This document shows, one piece after another, positions 1 to 9,503 of a DNA stretch of 64,000 nucleotides (its first letter is position 1; every line of letters starts with the position of its first letter). The position numbers were made by a program, and so were the translations under genes. The notes under the pieces were generated by a model, which saw nothing but the letters and a program-made list of their open reading frames with translations, made no database searches and was not told the origin of the DNA. Source of the stretch: Bordetella parapertussis (GTDB taxonomy: Bacteria; Pseudomonadota; Gammaproteobacteria; Burkholderiales; SG8-41); assembly GCA_945861275.1 (NCBI GenBank), contig CAMATZ010000034.1, positions 2,651 through 66,650 of the forward strand, given 5' to 3'.

Positions 1-827
1 GAGGTGACGGCGCGCCGCAGCATGCCCTCCATCGTGGCAACCGCGGCCGCGGGCACGCCTGCGGGCATCGCTACGCCGCGGCCGGTGCCAACGACGATGG
101 GATAACCGAGTTCCTTCATGGTCGGCACTTCGGGCAGCGGCGCCATGCGCCGTTCGCCGGTCACCGCCAGCACCCGGACTCTTTTCGATTCAAGGTGCGC
201 CGACACCTCGCTCAGATTCTCCGTGGTGAGATGGATGTGCCCGCCGGCTACCGCGGTACCCGCCTCGGAGCCGCTCTTGAACGAGACGTATTTGAACTTT
301 GCGCCGGTCTCTTTTTCCAGCATGTATTGAAATAAACGGCCTGAGCCGGTGGCGGATGCAATCGCGCTTACCAGGCTGTTCGGCTCGCGCTTGGCTGCAT
401 CGATCAAATCCTTCACGTTGTTGAACTTGCTGTCCCCCGAAACGGCGACCACCTGCGGATCCATGGCGAGGAACACCACCGGCGTGAAATCGTCGATCGA
501 AAATCCGAGGTCGGTGCGCGTCAATGCGGACATGAAGGTGCCCGTGGCGACAGCCAGAAGCACATGCGGGTCGCCACGCTTGCCCTTGACATAGCTATAA
601 GCAATGGCGCCGCCGCCACCAACGCGATTGGAGACCGTCGGCGCCTGCGACACCAGTTTTTCGCGCGTGAATATCTCCGCCATCAAGCGCACAAACTGAT
701 CGGTACCTCCCCCCGGCGCGGTGTGCGCGACGATTTCCAGCGGTTGCGACGGGTACGTTTGCGCAATGGCAGTTGCCGGCGCAACTCCGGTTGCCATCGC
801 GAGCGCACTCAGGCTGCGAAACTTCAT
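1..827 (-). CDS. Bug-family (TctC-like) periplasmic solute-binding protein; C-terminal end lies beyond the window start
   Basis: Own reverse-strand translation from ATG 827..825: MKFRSLSALAMATGVAPATAIAQTYPSQPLEIVAHTAPGGGTDQFVRLM... This is a signal peptide followed by a Bug/TctC-type N-terminus. The frame stays open to position 1, so it is missing from the ORF track. Confidence 0.8.
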   Translation of the reverse strand, partial: MKFRSLSALAMATGVAPATAIAQTYPSQPLEIVAHTAPGGGTDQFVRLMAEIFTREKLVSQAPTVSNRVGGGGAIAYSYVKGKRGDPHVLLAVATGTFMSALTRTDLGFSIDDFTPVVFLAMDPQVVAVSGDSKFNNVKDLIDAAKREPNSLVSAIASATGSGRLFQYMLEKETGAKFKYVSFKSGSEAGTAVAGGHIHLTTENLSEVSAHLESKRVRVLAVTGERRMAPLPEVPTMKELGYPIVVGTGRGVAMPAGVPAAAVATMEGMLRRAVT

Positions 828-1222
828 TGATTGATTCACGATACATCCTCCAGGTTCGTGCAAGTGTAATGCGTTCACAGTTTAGCGTGTCGCCGCGGTG
901 ACAGGATGCTGTGGCGTCGTGCGTGAGACCGTTCTGCACGACTCGGCGCAAAAGCAGGCCCGCTCCGTTACCGGGGCAACTTCTAAGTGACGGGTTGCCC
1001 GCCGTTTTTAATACGCCGATAGCGCACTTGTCGAGCCTGCCTTAGCCACGCCTTTACCCTAACCAGACTAGGGTCTTAGCGCTTGTTTTTACAGGCCTTT
1101 TCAGTGGCGTAACAAAGGGGTAGTATTACCGCCACTTTGCCGCCCCAGCCCTCTCGATGACGGCATAATATATTGAATAATAACAACTAGTTACATTAGC
1201 TCGTCCTATTCCGGAGTTGTGA

Positions 1223-3088
1223 TTGAAAGCCACCGATATTGCGCACCCCGACTACTTTCACAAAGTAGTTGATTGTCAGTGGGCCTGCCCGGCCCATACG
1301 CCTGTCCCCGAATACATCCGCATGATCGCTGCAGGCCAGTATGACGATGCCTACATGGTCAACTGGAAATCGAATGTTTTCCCCGGCATTTTGGGGCGCA
1401 CCTGTGATCGTCCATGCGAACCCGCCTGCCGCCGTGGCCGTGTCGAAGAAGGCAACGTGGAGTTGCGCAAGCCCAGCGAGCACGGCACGCCGCATGCCGA
1501 GCCGGTGGCGATTTGCCGCTTGAAGCGCGTGGCCGCAGACAACAAAACCAAAGACGCTGTTGCTGCACGCATGCCGCGCGCGCCGAAGCAAAAAAACGGC
1601 AAGCGCATCGCGTGCATCGGCGCGGGCCCGGCATCGCTGACGGTGGCGCGCGATCTGGCGCCGCTGGGGTATCACATCACGATTTATGAAGCGGATCAAA
1701 AAGGCGGCGGCTTCATGCGCACGCAGGTGCCGCGCTTTCGTTTGCCCGAGGAAGTGATCGACGAAGAAGTCGGCTACATCCTCGACATCGGCAACGTCGA
1801 ACTCAAATCCGGCAAGACCGTCGACAGCCTTAAAGCCGTGCTCGCCGAGAACTACGACGCGGTATTCGTCGGCACCGGCGCGCCGCGCGGCCGCGATCTG
1901 GAAGCGCCCGGCCGCAGGGAAGCGGCGGCCAACATTCATATCGGCATCGACTGGCTGAACAGCGTGTCGTTTGGCCACACCACCAAGATCGGCAAAAAGG
2001 TCATCGTGCTCGGTGGCGGCAATACCGCAATGGATTGCTGCCGCTCCAGCAAACGCCTCGGCGGCGACGATGTGAAAGTGATCGTGCGCTCGGGCTACGA
2101 GGAAATGAAAGCCTCTCCGTGGGAAAAAGAAGACGCAGTGGACGAAGGCATACCGATACTCAATTACATGGTGCCGAAAGCGTTCATACATGCCAACGGC
2201 AAATTGACCGCGATGACGTTCGAGAAGGTCAAGGCCGAGTACGACGCCAAGGGTCGCCGCAATCTGGTGCCCACCGGCGAGCCGGAACAACGGGTTGAAT
2301 GCGACGACGTGCTGGTGGCGATCGGGCAGGAAAACGCTTTCCCGTGGATCGAGCGCGACGTCGGCCTCGAGTGGGACAAATGGGGCATGCCGGTGGTCGA
2401 TCAAGTCACTATGCAATCCACCCACTCGAAAGTGTTTTTCGGCGGCGATGCGGCGTTCGGTCCCAAAAACATCATCTGGGCCGTGGCGCACGGGCATGAC
2501 GCGGCAGTGTCCATCGACAAATTCTGCCGGGGCGAAGACATCAAGGAACGCCCCGATCCGATGACCAATCTGATTTCGCAGAAAATGGGCATTCACGAGT
2601 GGAGCTACGACAACGATATCTCGGACCAACTGCGCAACAAGGTGCCGTGGAAAGACAAGAAAATAACGCTCAAAGACATTAAGGTCGAAGTCGAGCTCGG
2701 CTTTGATGCGAAGTCGGGCTTCGCCGAAGCGCAGCGGTGTCTGAACTGCGATGTGCAAACCGTGTTTTCGGAGAAGCTGTGCATCGAGTGCGATGCCTGC
2801 GTCGATATCTGCCCGATGGATTGCATCACCTTCACGCCCAACGCCGAAGAAGCCGAACTGCGCACGCAGTTGAGCGCGCCGTCGCTGCACGCCAAGACGC
2901 AAGACTTGTATATTTCGCAAACACTGCAGATGACCGGGCGCATCATGGCCAAAGACGAAGACGTGTGCCTGCACTGCGGGCTGTGCGCCGAGCGCTGCCC
3001 GACGGGCGCATGGGACATGCAGAAGTATCTGATTGAGATGACCAATGCCGGCCCGGGTTGCCGCAAGCCGCAGCGCAAAGCCGCTTAA
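1223..3088 (+). CDS. GltD-like NAD(P)H:FAD oxidoreductase fused to a 2x[4Fe-4S] ferredoxin domain; probable KorC-type electron-transfer partner of the adjacent 2-oxoacid oxidoreductase
   Basis: 621-aa ORF with a TTG start 7 nt after GGAG. It has an N-terminal Cys cluster (CQWACPAHT, CDRPCEPAC), a GAGPAS dinucleotide-binding fold and C-terminal CIECDACVDICP and CLHCGLCAERCP motifs. It lies immediately upstream of korAB. Confidence 0.8.
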   Translation: MKATDIAHPDYFHKVVDCQWACPAHTPVPEYIRMIAAGQYDDAYMVNWKSNVFPGILGRTCDRPCEPACRRGRVEEGNVELRKPSEHGTPHAEPVAICRLKRVAADNKTKDAVAARMPRAPKQKNGKRIACIGAGPASLTVARDLAPLGYHITIYEADQKGGGFMRTQVPRFRLPEEVIDEEVGYILDIGNVELKSGKTVDSLKAVLAENYDAVFVGTGAPRGRDLEAPGRREAAANIHIGIDWLNSVSFGHTTKIGKKVIVLGGGNTAMDCCRSSKRLGGDDVKVIVRSGYEEMKASPWEKEDAVDEGIPILNYMVPKAFIHANGKLTAMTFEKVKAEYDAKGRRNLVPTGEPEQRVECDDVLVAIGQENAFPWIERDVGLEWDKWGMPVVDQVTMQSTHSKVFFGGDAAFGPKNIIWAVAHGHDAAVSIDKFCRGEDIKERPDPMTNLISQKMGIHEWSYDNDISDQLRNKVPWKDKKITLKDIKVEVELGFDAKSGFAEAQRCLNCDVQTVFSEKLCIECDACVDICPMDCITFTPNAEEAELRTQLSAPSLHAKTQDLYISQTLQMTGRIMAKDEDVCLHCGLCAERCPTGAWDMQKYLIEMTNAGPGCRKPQRKAA

Positions 3089-3120
3089 ATAAAAAATATT
3101 GTTTTAAAACAAATACTTAC

Positions 3121-4965
3121 ATGAAACAAATTACTGCAACCAACGACTTCGTTGTTAAATTCGCCAACGTCAACGGCTCCGGCTCGGCGTCGGCCAACGA
3201 GCTTTTCGCGCGCGCCATTTTGCGCATGGGCGTGCCGGTGTCACCGCGCAATATTTTTCCGTCGAACATTCAGGGTCTGCCGACCTGGTACGAGGTGCGC
3301 GTGAATGAAGCCGGTTATCAGGGCCGGCGCGGTGGTGTCGATCTGATGGTGGCGATGAATCCGCAGACCTGGGACAAGGACATCAAGGAAATCGAGGCCG
3401 GGGGCTATTTGTTTTACGACAGCTCCAAGCCGATGCCGAAATCGAAATTTCGCGACGATATCAACGTCATCGGCATACCGCTCACCGAAATCTGCAACAC
3501 CACCTATTCCGATCCGCGCCAGCGCCAGTTGTTCAAGAACATCATTTATGTCGGTGCGCTGTCCGCACTGCTCGACATGGACCCGGCGGAAATCGAAAAA
3601 CTGTTCACCGAGCAATACAAAGGCAAAGAAGCGCTGCTGCAATCAAACTTTAAAGCGCTGAAACTTGGACGCGATTACGCGCTCAAACATCTGACCTGCC
3701 CGCTCGGCATCAAGGTGCAGCGCTCAAACAACGTCGGCAACAAAGTGTTCATCGACGGCAACAGCGCAGCCGCCCTGGGCGCGGTCTACGGTGGCGCCAG
3801 CGTGTGCGCGTGGTATCCCATCACACCATCATCCTCGCTCGCCGAGGCGTTTATCGGTTATTGCCAGAAGCTGCGCGTGGAACCCGAGACCCGCAAGGCG
3901 CGCTACGCCATCATTCAAGGCGAAGACGAACTCGCCTCGGTCGGCATTGCCATCGGCGCGGGCTGGAACGGCGCCCGCTCGTTCACCACCACCTCCGGCC
4001 CCGGCATTTCGCTGATGACCGAGTTTATCGGCCTTGCCTATTTCGCGGAGATCCCGGTAGTGCTGATCGACGTGCAGCGCGGCGGCCCTTCGACCGGGAT
4101 GCCCACGCGCACCCAGCAGTCCGATGTGCTCTCCTGTGCCTATGCGTCGCACGGCGATACCAAGCATGTGCTGCTGTTCCCGGAAGACCCGAAAGAGTGT
4201 TTCGATATGACGGCGCAGGCGTTCGATCTCGCCGAACGGCTGCAAACCCCGGTGTTCGTGATGACCGATCTCGACATCGGCATGAACACGCGCCTGTGCC
4301 AACCGCTGGCGTGGGACGACGCACGCGCCTACGACCGCGGCAAGGTGATGACCTACGAAGCGCTCGAAGGCGGCGCAGATTTTGGCCGTTATAACGACGT
4401 GGACGGCGATGGCATAGCCTATCGCACCTACCCCGGCACGCATCCGCAGCATGGCGCCTATTTCACCCGCGGCACCACCAAGGACCGTTACGCGCGCTAC
4501 AGCGAAGCCGGCCCGGATTACATCGAGAATGTCACGCGCCTGTTACGCAAATTCGAAACCGCAAAGAAGCTGTTGCCGGCGCCGGTACTCCATGCTTCGA
4601 AAAAGCCCGCGCGCATGGGTGCTATTTTCTACGGTTCCACCAGCCCGGCGATGCAGGAAGCGCTCGACGTGCTGGCCGGGAACGGCATTCATGTGAACGC
4701 GCTGCGCGTGCGCGGCTTCCCGTTCGCGGACGAGGTCAATGAATTCATTGCCGCGCATCCGGGGGTGTTCGTGATTGAACAAAACCGCGATGCACAATTG
4801 AAAAGCATGCTGGTCAACGAAGGCCAGATCGATCCCAAGCGCCTGATCTCGGTGCTGCACTATGACGGCACGCCGATTACCGCGCGCTTCATCGTCGATC
4901 ATATTTCCAAACATATCGCAGCACACACCGTGGTCCCCATCCAAACCGGGCGCATCAGCGCCTAA
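3121..4965 (+). CDS. korA: 2-oxoacid (2-oxoglutarate):acceptor oxidoreductase, alpha subunit
   Basis: ATG at 3121 gives MKQITATNDFVVKFANVNGSGSASANELFARAI..., a typical KorA N-terminus. The ORF-track start at 3058 would overlap the upstream gene. Confidence 0.85.
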   Translation: MKQITATNDFVVKFANVNGSGSASANELFARAILRMGVPVSPRNIFPSNIQGLPTWYEVRVNEAGYQGRRGGVDLMVAMNPQTWDKDIKEIEAGGYLFYDSSKPMPKSKFRDDINVIGIPLTEICNTTYSDPRQRQLFKNIIYVGALSALLDMDPAEIEKLFTEQYKGKEALLQSNFKALKLGRDYALKHLTCPLGIKVQRSNNVGNKVFIDGNSAAALGAVYGGASVCAWYPITPSSSLAEAFIGYCQKLRVEPETRKARYAIIQGEDELASVGIAIGAGWNGARSFTTTSGPGISLMTEFIGLAYFAEIPVVLIDVQRGGPSTGMPTRTQQSDVLSCAYASHGDTKHVLLFPEDPKECFDMTAQAFDLAERLQTPVFVMTDLDIGMNTRLCQPLAWDDARAYDRGKVMTYEALEGGADFGRYNDVDGDGIAYRTYPGTHPQHGAYFTRGTTKDRYARYSEAGPDYIENVTRLLRKFETAKKLLPAPVLHASKKPARMGAIFYGSTSPAMQEALDVLAGNGIHVNALRVRGFPFADEVNEFIAAHPGVFVIEQNRDAQLKSMLVNEGQIDPKRLISVLHYDGTPITARFIVDHISKHIAAHTVVPIQTGRISA

Positions 4966-5009
4966 TGCCCCTCTTCTCCCCCGAAAGGGCAGGGGAGAGC
5001 GTAGCGAGG
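4966..5009. repeat. G/C-tract compound hairpin (REP-like) between korA and korB
   Basis: TCTCCCC (4973..4979) pairs with GGGGAGA (4990..4996). The outer CCCCT (4966..4970) pairs with AGGGG (5005..5009). The style matches the C4/G4 palindromes at 17883..17910 and 18902..19040. Confidence 0.4.
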
Positions 5010-5041
5010 GGGCCGAAGGCGGGAAACAACAGGAACAAAGA

Positions 5042-6097
5042 ATGACCTACATAGCCAAACCCAAACTGCACCACCCCGCACTGACCAAAAACTCGGTCGG
5101 CTACACCCGCCGCGACTACGAAGGCAAAATTTCCACGCTGTGCGCGGGCTGCGGTCACGATTCCATCAGCGCCGCCATTGTGCAGGCGTGCTGGGAACTC
5201 GACATCCAGCCGCATCGCGTGGCCAAACTGTCGGGCATCGGCTGCTCGTCGAAAACGCCGGATTATTTTTTGGGCAATTCGCACGGCTTTAACAGCGTGC
5301 ATGGCCGCATGCCGTCGGTGCTCACCGGCGCCAATCTCGCCAACCGCGAGTTGATTTACATGGGCGTGTCGGGCGACGGCGACTCGGCTTCCATCGGCAT
5401 CGGCCAGTTCGCCCACGCCATGCGCCGTGGCATCAACATGGTCTACATCGTCGAGAACAACGGCGTGTATGGTCTGACCAAGGGCCAGTTTTCCGCCACC
5501 GCCGACAAAGGCTCCAAGTCCAAGCGCGGCATCGTCAACTCGGATGAGCCGCTGGACATGATCGGCATGGCGCTGCTGCTCGGCGCCACCTATGTTGCGC
5601 GCAGCTTCTCCGGCGACAAAAAACAACTGGTGCCGCTGATCAAGGGCGCGATGGAGCACAGGGGCGCCGCGTTCATCGACGTGGTCTCACCCTGCGTGGC
5701 GTTTAACAATCACGCCGGTTCCACCAAGAGCTATGAATACGTGCGCCAGCACAACGAAGCCGTGAACTTTCTCGACTTCATCGAAGCGCGCGAGGAAATC
5801 ACCGCCGACTACGCGCCGGGCGAAGTGGTCAACGTCACGCAACACGACGGCAGCGTGCTGCGTCTGCGCAAGCTGTCGGCGGAGCACGATCCGACCGACC
5901 GCATCAAGACCATGAACTACGTGCAGGAACACGCCGCCAAAGGCGAAGTCGTCACCGGCCTGCTCTTCATCGACCCCAGCGCCGTGGATATGCACGAGCA
6001 TCTGAATACGGTGGAAACGCCGCTGAATCAGTTGAGCGCTAAGGAACTGTGTCCGGGTTCGAAGGCGCTGGAACGCATTAACGCGAGTCTTAGGTAA
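5042..6097 (+). CDS. korB: 2-oxoacid (2-oxoglutarate):acceptor oxidoreductase, beta (TPP-binding) subunit
   Basis: ATG at 5042 gives MTYIAKPKLHHPALTKNSVGYTRRDYEGKISTLCAGCGHDSI..., a KorB-type N-terminus with the CAGCGH motif, plus the GDGD TPP motif (VSGDGDSASIG). Confidence 0.85.
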   Translation: MTYIAKPKLHHPALTKNSVGYTRRDYEGKISTLCAGCGHDSISAAIVQACWELDIQPHRVAKLSGIGCSSKTPDYFLGNSHGFNSVHGRMPSVLTGANLANRELIYMGVSGDGDSASIGIGQFAHAMRRGINMVYIVENNGVYGLTKGQFSATADKGSKSKRGIVNSDEPLDMIGMALLLGATYVARSFSGDKKQLVPLIKGAMEHRGAAFIDVVSPCVAFNNHAGSTKSYEYVRQHNEAVNFLDFIEAREEITADYAPGEVVNVTQHDGSVLRLRKLSAEHDPTDRIKTMNYVQEHAAKGEVVTGLLFIDPSAVDMHEHLNTVETPLNQLSAKELCPGSKALERINASLR

Positions 6098-6120
6098 AAA
6101 CTTGTTTTAATGGATAAAAA

Positions 6121-6146
6121 AATCCCGGCGCTGCCGGGATTTTTTG
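6121..6146 (+). terminator. Rho-independent terminator after korB
   Basis: A 9-bp stem AATCCCGGC/GCCGGGATT with a 3-nt loop, followed by a run of T (6140..6145). Confidence 0.7.
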
Positions 6147-6149
6147 TAT

Positions 6150-6606
6150 TCACTGGGTGAGAATGACACCCTCCATCGCGGTCTCAGACCGGGGCGCTGC
6201 GGGTGACCGCGCCGTGCCAGTCAGCGCCAGACCGCGCAGACGCCCAGCCGGCACCAGCGGCTGCGAAGTGCCCACATTATCAAAACGGTAATGCGCTTCG
6301 CCGGCGGCCACCGCCTGCTGCGCCGGCGCCGCACCCTTGTACGAGATATGCGTGGCCGAGATGCCGCTGGCAGCGTTAAACAGCAGCGCAGCCAGATCGC
6401 TTACGCAGAGCATTGTTCATTGCAGCGTCGCGTCGCAGGGAATTACCTGCAGCTGATATCTTGGTAGCATTTTCAGTCATCCCCGCGTAGCCGTCTATTG
6501 GGGCCCCTATCCAGCGAAGGCTTTTGTCATAGGCGCTTTGCAGTGGCACATGTTCGGTGTAATCTAGCTCCACTATCAAAGTACCCAGGGAGGAAGTGAT
6601 GAGCAA
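6150..6606 (-). pseudogene. Decayed Bug-family (TctC-like) binding-protein gene fragment
   Basis: The 87-aa ORF 6150..6413 contains ...ISYKGAAPAQQAVAAGEAHYRFDNVGTSQPLVPAGRLRGLALTGTARSPAAP, the conserved central block of Bug proteins (compare 13538..14530: VPYKGGALALVDLLGGRLQFFFGVPVSTLPLIKAGKLRSLAVTS). The upstream piece (...KISAAGNS...) is in another frame. There is no signal peptide or intact N-terminus. Confidence 0.6.
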
Positions 6607-7894
6607 TCAGGTTCCAGCAAAACCCGTGGTCGCGCCAGCATCGGCAACAGTTCCGACGCTGGCGGATCATAAGCGCAGACACTTTTTGACCCGCAGCGCA
6701 TCGGTCGCGGGCACGCTTGCCGCCGGTGGCGTGGCTGCCAACGCAGTCGCGCAGGAAGTCCCCGCATGGATGAAAACGCCTGGCGCACCCATGCGCGCCT
6801 ACGGCACGCCGTCAAAATTCGAGGCGTCGGTGCAGCGCCCGTTTGCTTCAGGTTACGCGTCCGTGTCGCCCGCCACCGGCGCTTCGCGCACGCCGCATCA
6901 ATCGCTGGAAGGCACCATCACGCCCAACGGCCTGCATTTCGAACGCCATCACAATGGCGTGCCGGACATTGATCCGGCCAAACATGAGCTGCTGATACAC
7001 GGCCTGGTGACTCGCCCGCTGGTGTTTGACCTGGCGTCATTGTCGCGCTATCCGATGATTTCCCGCACCTGCTTTATCGAGTGCTCGGGCAACAGCGGTG
7101 GCAACGCCGGGGCGAAGCCGCCGCAAGGTACTGCCGGCGCGATTCACGGCCTGGCATCGGTCAGCGAGTGGACGGGCGTGCCGCTATCGCTGTTGCTGAA
7201 CGAAGCGGGGATTGCCAGCGGCGCGCAATGGGTAGTCGCCGAAGGCGCCGATTCGGCAGCGATGACGCGCAGCGTGCCGTTATCGAAAATCATGGACGAT
7301 GCGATGCTGGCGCTGTATCAGAACGGCGAGCGCGTGCGCCCCGAACAGGGCTATCCGATGCGTCTGCTGTTGCCGGGCTGGGAAGGCAATATGTGCGTCA
7401 AGTGGCTGCGCCGCCTCAAACTCACCGACGGGCCCACGCATACCAAGGATGAAACGTCGAAGTACTCGGATTTGCAAACGGACGGCAAGGCGCGCCAGTT
7501 CACCTTTGAATTGGGTGTGAAATCGATCATCACCTTTCCCTCGTTCGGGCACAAGCTCGACCGCCATGGTGTGTATGAAATCAGCGGCATTGCGTGGTCG
7601 GGCGCGGGTCGTGTCAGCCGCGTCGAGGTTTCCGCCGATGGCGGCGCAAGTTGGCGCGACGCCAATCTGCAGGGGCCGATTTTATCCAAGAGTTTCACCC
7701 GTTTTCGCCTGCCGTGGGAATGGAATGGAACCGCGGCTGTGCTGCAAAGCCGCGCCATCGACGAAAAAGGCAATGTGCAGCCGACGCGCAAGGCATTTGT
7801 GTCGCAGTACGTGCTCGGCATGAACTATCACAACCACTATATCCAGACTTGGGCCATCGCCGCCGACGGGAGCATCAGCAATGTCCATGTATAA
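6596..7894 (+). CDS. sorA: Sulfite dehydrogenase (sulfite:cytochrome c oxidoreductase), molybdopterin subunit
   Basis: Twin-arginine signal (HKRRHFLTRSASVAGTLAAGG) and a sulfite-oxidase-family core (TPNGLHFERHHNGVPDIDP..., CFIECSGNS). GGGAGGAAG lies upstream. The start may be GTG 6596 or ATG 6599. Confidence 0.85.
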   Translation: MMSNQVPAKPVVAPASATVPTLADHKRRHFLTRSASVAGTLAAGGVAANAVAQEVPAWMKTPGAPMRAYGTPSKFEASVQRPFASGYASVSPATGASRTPHQSLEGTITPNGLHFERHHNGVPDIDPAKHELLIHGLVTRPLVFDLASLSRYPMISRTCFIECSGNSGGNAGAKPPQGTAGAIHGLASVSEWTGVPLSLLLNEAGIASGAQWVVAEGADSAAMTRSVPLSKIMDDAMLALYQNGERVRPEQGYPMRLLLPGWEGNMCVKWLRRLKLTDGPTHTKDETSKYSDLQTDGKARQFTFELGVKSIITFPSFGHKLDRHGVYEISGIAWSGAGRVSRVEVSADGGASWRDANLQGPILSKSFTRFRLPWEWNGTAAVLQSRAIDEKGNVQPTRKAFVSQYVLGMNYHNHYIQTWAIAADGSISNVHV

Positions 7895-8429
7895 AAAACT
7901 CACTGGCAGTCTGCTGGTTGCCGTACTCGCCGCCTGCGCAACGCCGGACAACACATCCTATGTCACGCCCGCACGCGGCCCCAACCTTGGCGCCGCACCC
8001 ACGCCCGCGATGCTCGCGGCAATGGACACCAGCATTCCGCCGAGCGGCGCAGGCTTGCCCGCCGGCAGTGGCAGTGTGGCGCAGGGGCAGAAAGTGTACG
8101 AATCCAAATGTCAGTCCTGCCACGGCCCCAAAGGCGCCGGTAAACCGGCGGATCCGCTGGTGGGCGGCATCGGCTCGCTCGCATCCGGCAAACCCATGCG
8201 CACCGTCGGCAGCTATTGGCCGTACGCCACCACGCTGTTCGATTACACACGCCGTGCCATGCCCACCACTGCGCCGCAGACACTCAGCAACGACGAGGTG
8301 TATGCGGTCAGCGCGTATGTGTTGTTTCTGAATGGCATCGTGGCGGAATCAGCAGTGATGAATGCGCAGACGCTGCCGCAGGTAAAAATGCCCAATCGTG
8401 ACGGGTTTATCGATTATTCGCGCAAGTGA
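7881..8429 (+). CDS. sorB: Sulfite dehydrogenase cytochrome c subunit (lipoprotein-type signal)
   Basis: Overlaps the sorA end by 14 nt. It has a lipobox LAAC and a haem c motif CQSCHG. Confidence 0.8.
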   Translation: MSMYKKLTGSLLVAVLAACATPDNTSYVTPARGPNLGAAPTPAMLAAMDTSIPPSGAGLPAGSGSVAQGQKVYESKCQSCHGPKGAGKPADPLVGGIGSLASGKPMRTVGSYWPYATTLFDYTRRAMPTTAPQTLSNDEVYAVSAYVLFLNGIVAESAVMNAQTLPQVKMPNRDGFIDYSRK

Positions 8430-8476
8430 TTCACGCCAGCGCGTTTCAGTAAACTTAAATCGAGGGGAGACGCAAC

Positions 8477-9475
8477 GTGAGCATTAGCGCACCACGCTTT
8501 GAATTCGATACCTCATGGCCCAAGCCTCTGCCGGCAGGCTGGATCACCGGGCAACTGCCCTGCGTTTACGTCGATCATCGCGACAATATTCTGATCGTCA
8601 ATCGCGGCAACATCACTGACGAAGAACGCGAAACCTGCATCCAGGCGCCGCCGGTGATGATTTTCGATCGGGCCGGCACTATGATCGATGCGTGGGGCGA
8701 CTGGAACGTGATGCCCTCAACGCCGCACAGTTGCGCGGTTGATCACGACAACAATGTATGGATCAGCGCCAATGGCGACGGCATGGTGCAGAAATACACC
8801 TACGACGGCAAGCTCCTGTTGCAAATTGGTAGCAAGGGCATATTCGACACCGCCGACGGCGCGAAACGCGGCCCCGGCGCCAACGCCGCGCATGACCGGC
8901 TTAACAAACCGGCGGGCATCGCGTGTGATGCGAAGAACGGCGACGTGTATTTCGCCGACGGCTACGGCAACCGGCGCATCGTGGTATTCGATAAAAACGG
9001 CAAGTTCCTGCGCCAGTGGGGCCGGCAGGCAACGCCAGAAGAAATGGAAGCGGGTGTCGGCGGCGTGTTCGCCGAAGTCGTACACAGCGTTGATATCAGC
9101 AGGCAAGGCCTGGTGTATGTGGGCGACCGGCAAGGCGACCGCGTGCAGGTATTCGACAAACAGGGTAATTTCAAGCGCAACATCTGGGTGCGCACTGGCA
9201 CCCCTGCGCTGCCCGATAAACGCGGCACCGCGTGGTGGACGGCCTTCTCGCAGGATCGGGAACAAAAGTATCTGTACGTGATGAACGGCCGCAACGAGCA
9301 GGTGCATATACTGGATCACGCGAGCGGCGAAATCGTAACCAGCTTCGGCCGGCCTGGCCATCAACTCGGCGATTTCACGCACGGTCATTGTATTGCCGTC
9401 GATACCCAGGGCGATCTCTATGTCGCGGAAACCAACTGGGGACGGCGCGTGCACCGATTCCGGCTTGTTTCCTGA
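8477..9475 (+). CDS. NHL-repeat beta-propeller protein, peptidyl-alpha-hydroxyglycine amidating lyase (PAL)-like family
   Basis: GTG start after GGGGAG. The N-terminus FEFDTSWPKPLPAGWITGQLPCVYVDHRDNILIVNRG and repeated ...DG.V.VAD/GDR... blades are characteristic of this family. The function is not inferable from sequence alone. Confidence 0.65.
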   Translation: MSISAPRFEFDTSWPKPLPAGWITGQLPCVYVDHRDNILIVNRGNITDEERETCIQAPPVMIFDRAGTMIDAWGDWNVMPSTPHSCAVDHDNNVWISANGDGMVQKYTYDGKLLLQIGSKGIFDTADGAKRGPGANAAHDRLNKPAGIACDAKNGDVYFADGYGNRRIVVFDKNGKFLRQWGRQATPEEMEAGVGGVFAEVVHSVDISRQGLVYVGDRQGDRVQVFDKQGNFKRNIWVRTGTPALPDKRGTAWWTAFSQDREQKYLYVMNGRNEQVHILDHASGEIVTSFGRPGHQLGDFTHGHCIAVDTQGDLYVAETNWGRRVHRFRLVS

Positions 9476-9503
9476 ATTTATTTTAAGAACAATTGGAGAG
9501 ATC

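Noticed and set aside
1196-2974. 592-aa ORF on the minus strand
   Set aside because: It lies entirely antisense to the well-supported GltD/ferredoxin-fusion gene. Its translation is Arg/Ala/His/Gly-rich low-complexity sequence with no motifs, which is a typical shadow ORF of GC-rich DNA. The same reasoning applies to other long antisense ORFs: 8717..9523, 17859..18995, 21240..22196, 22515..23474, 51198..52211, 53379..54455, 59148..60167 and 61546..62355.
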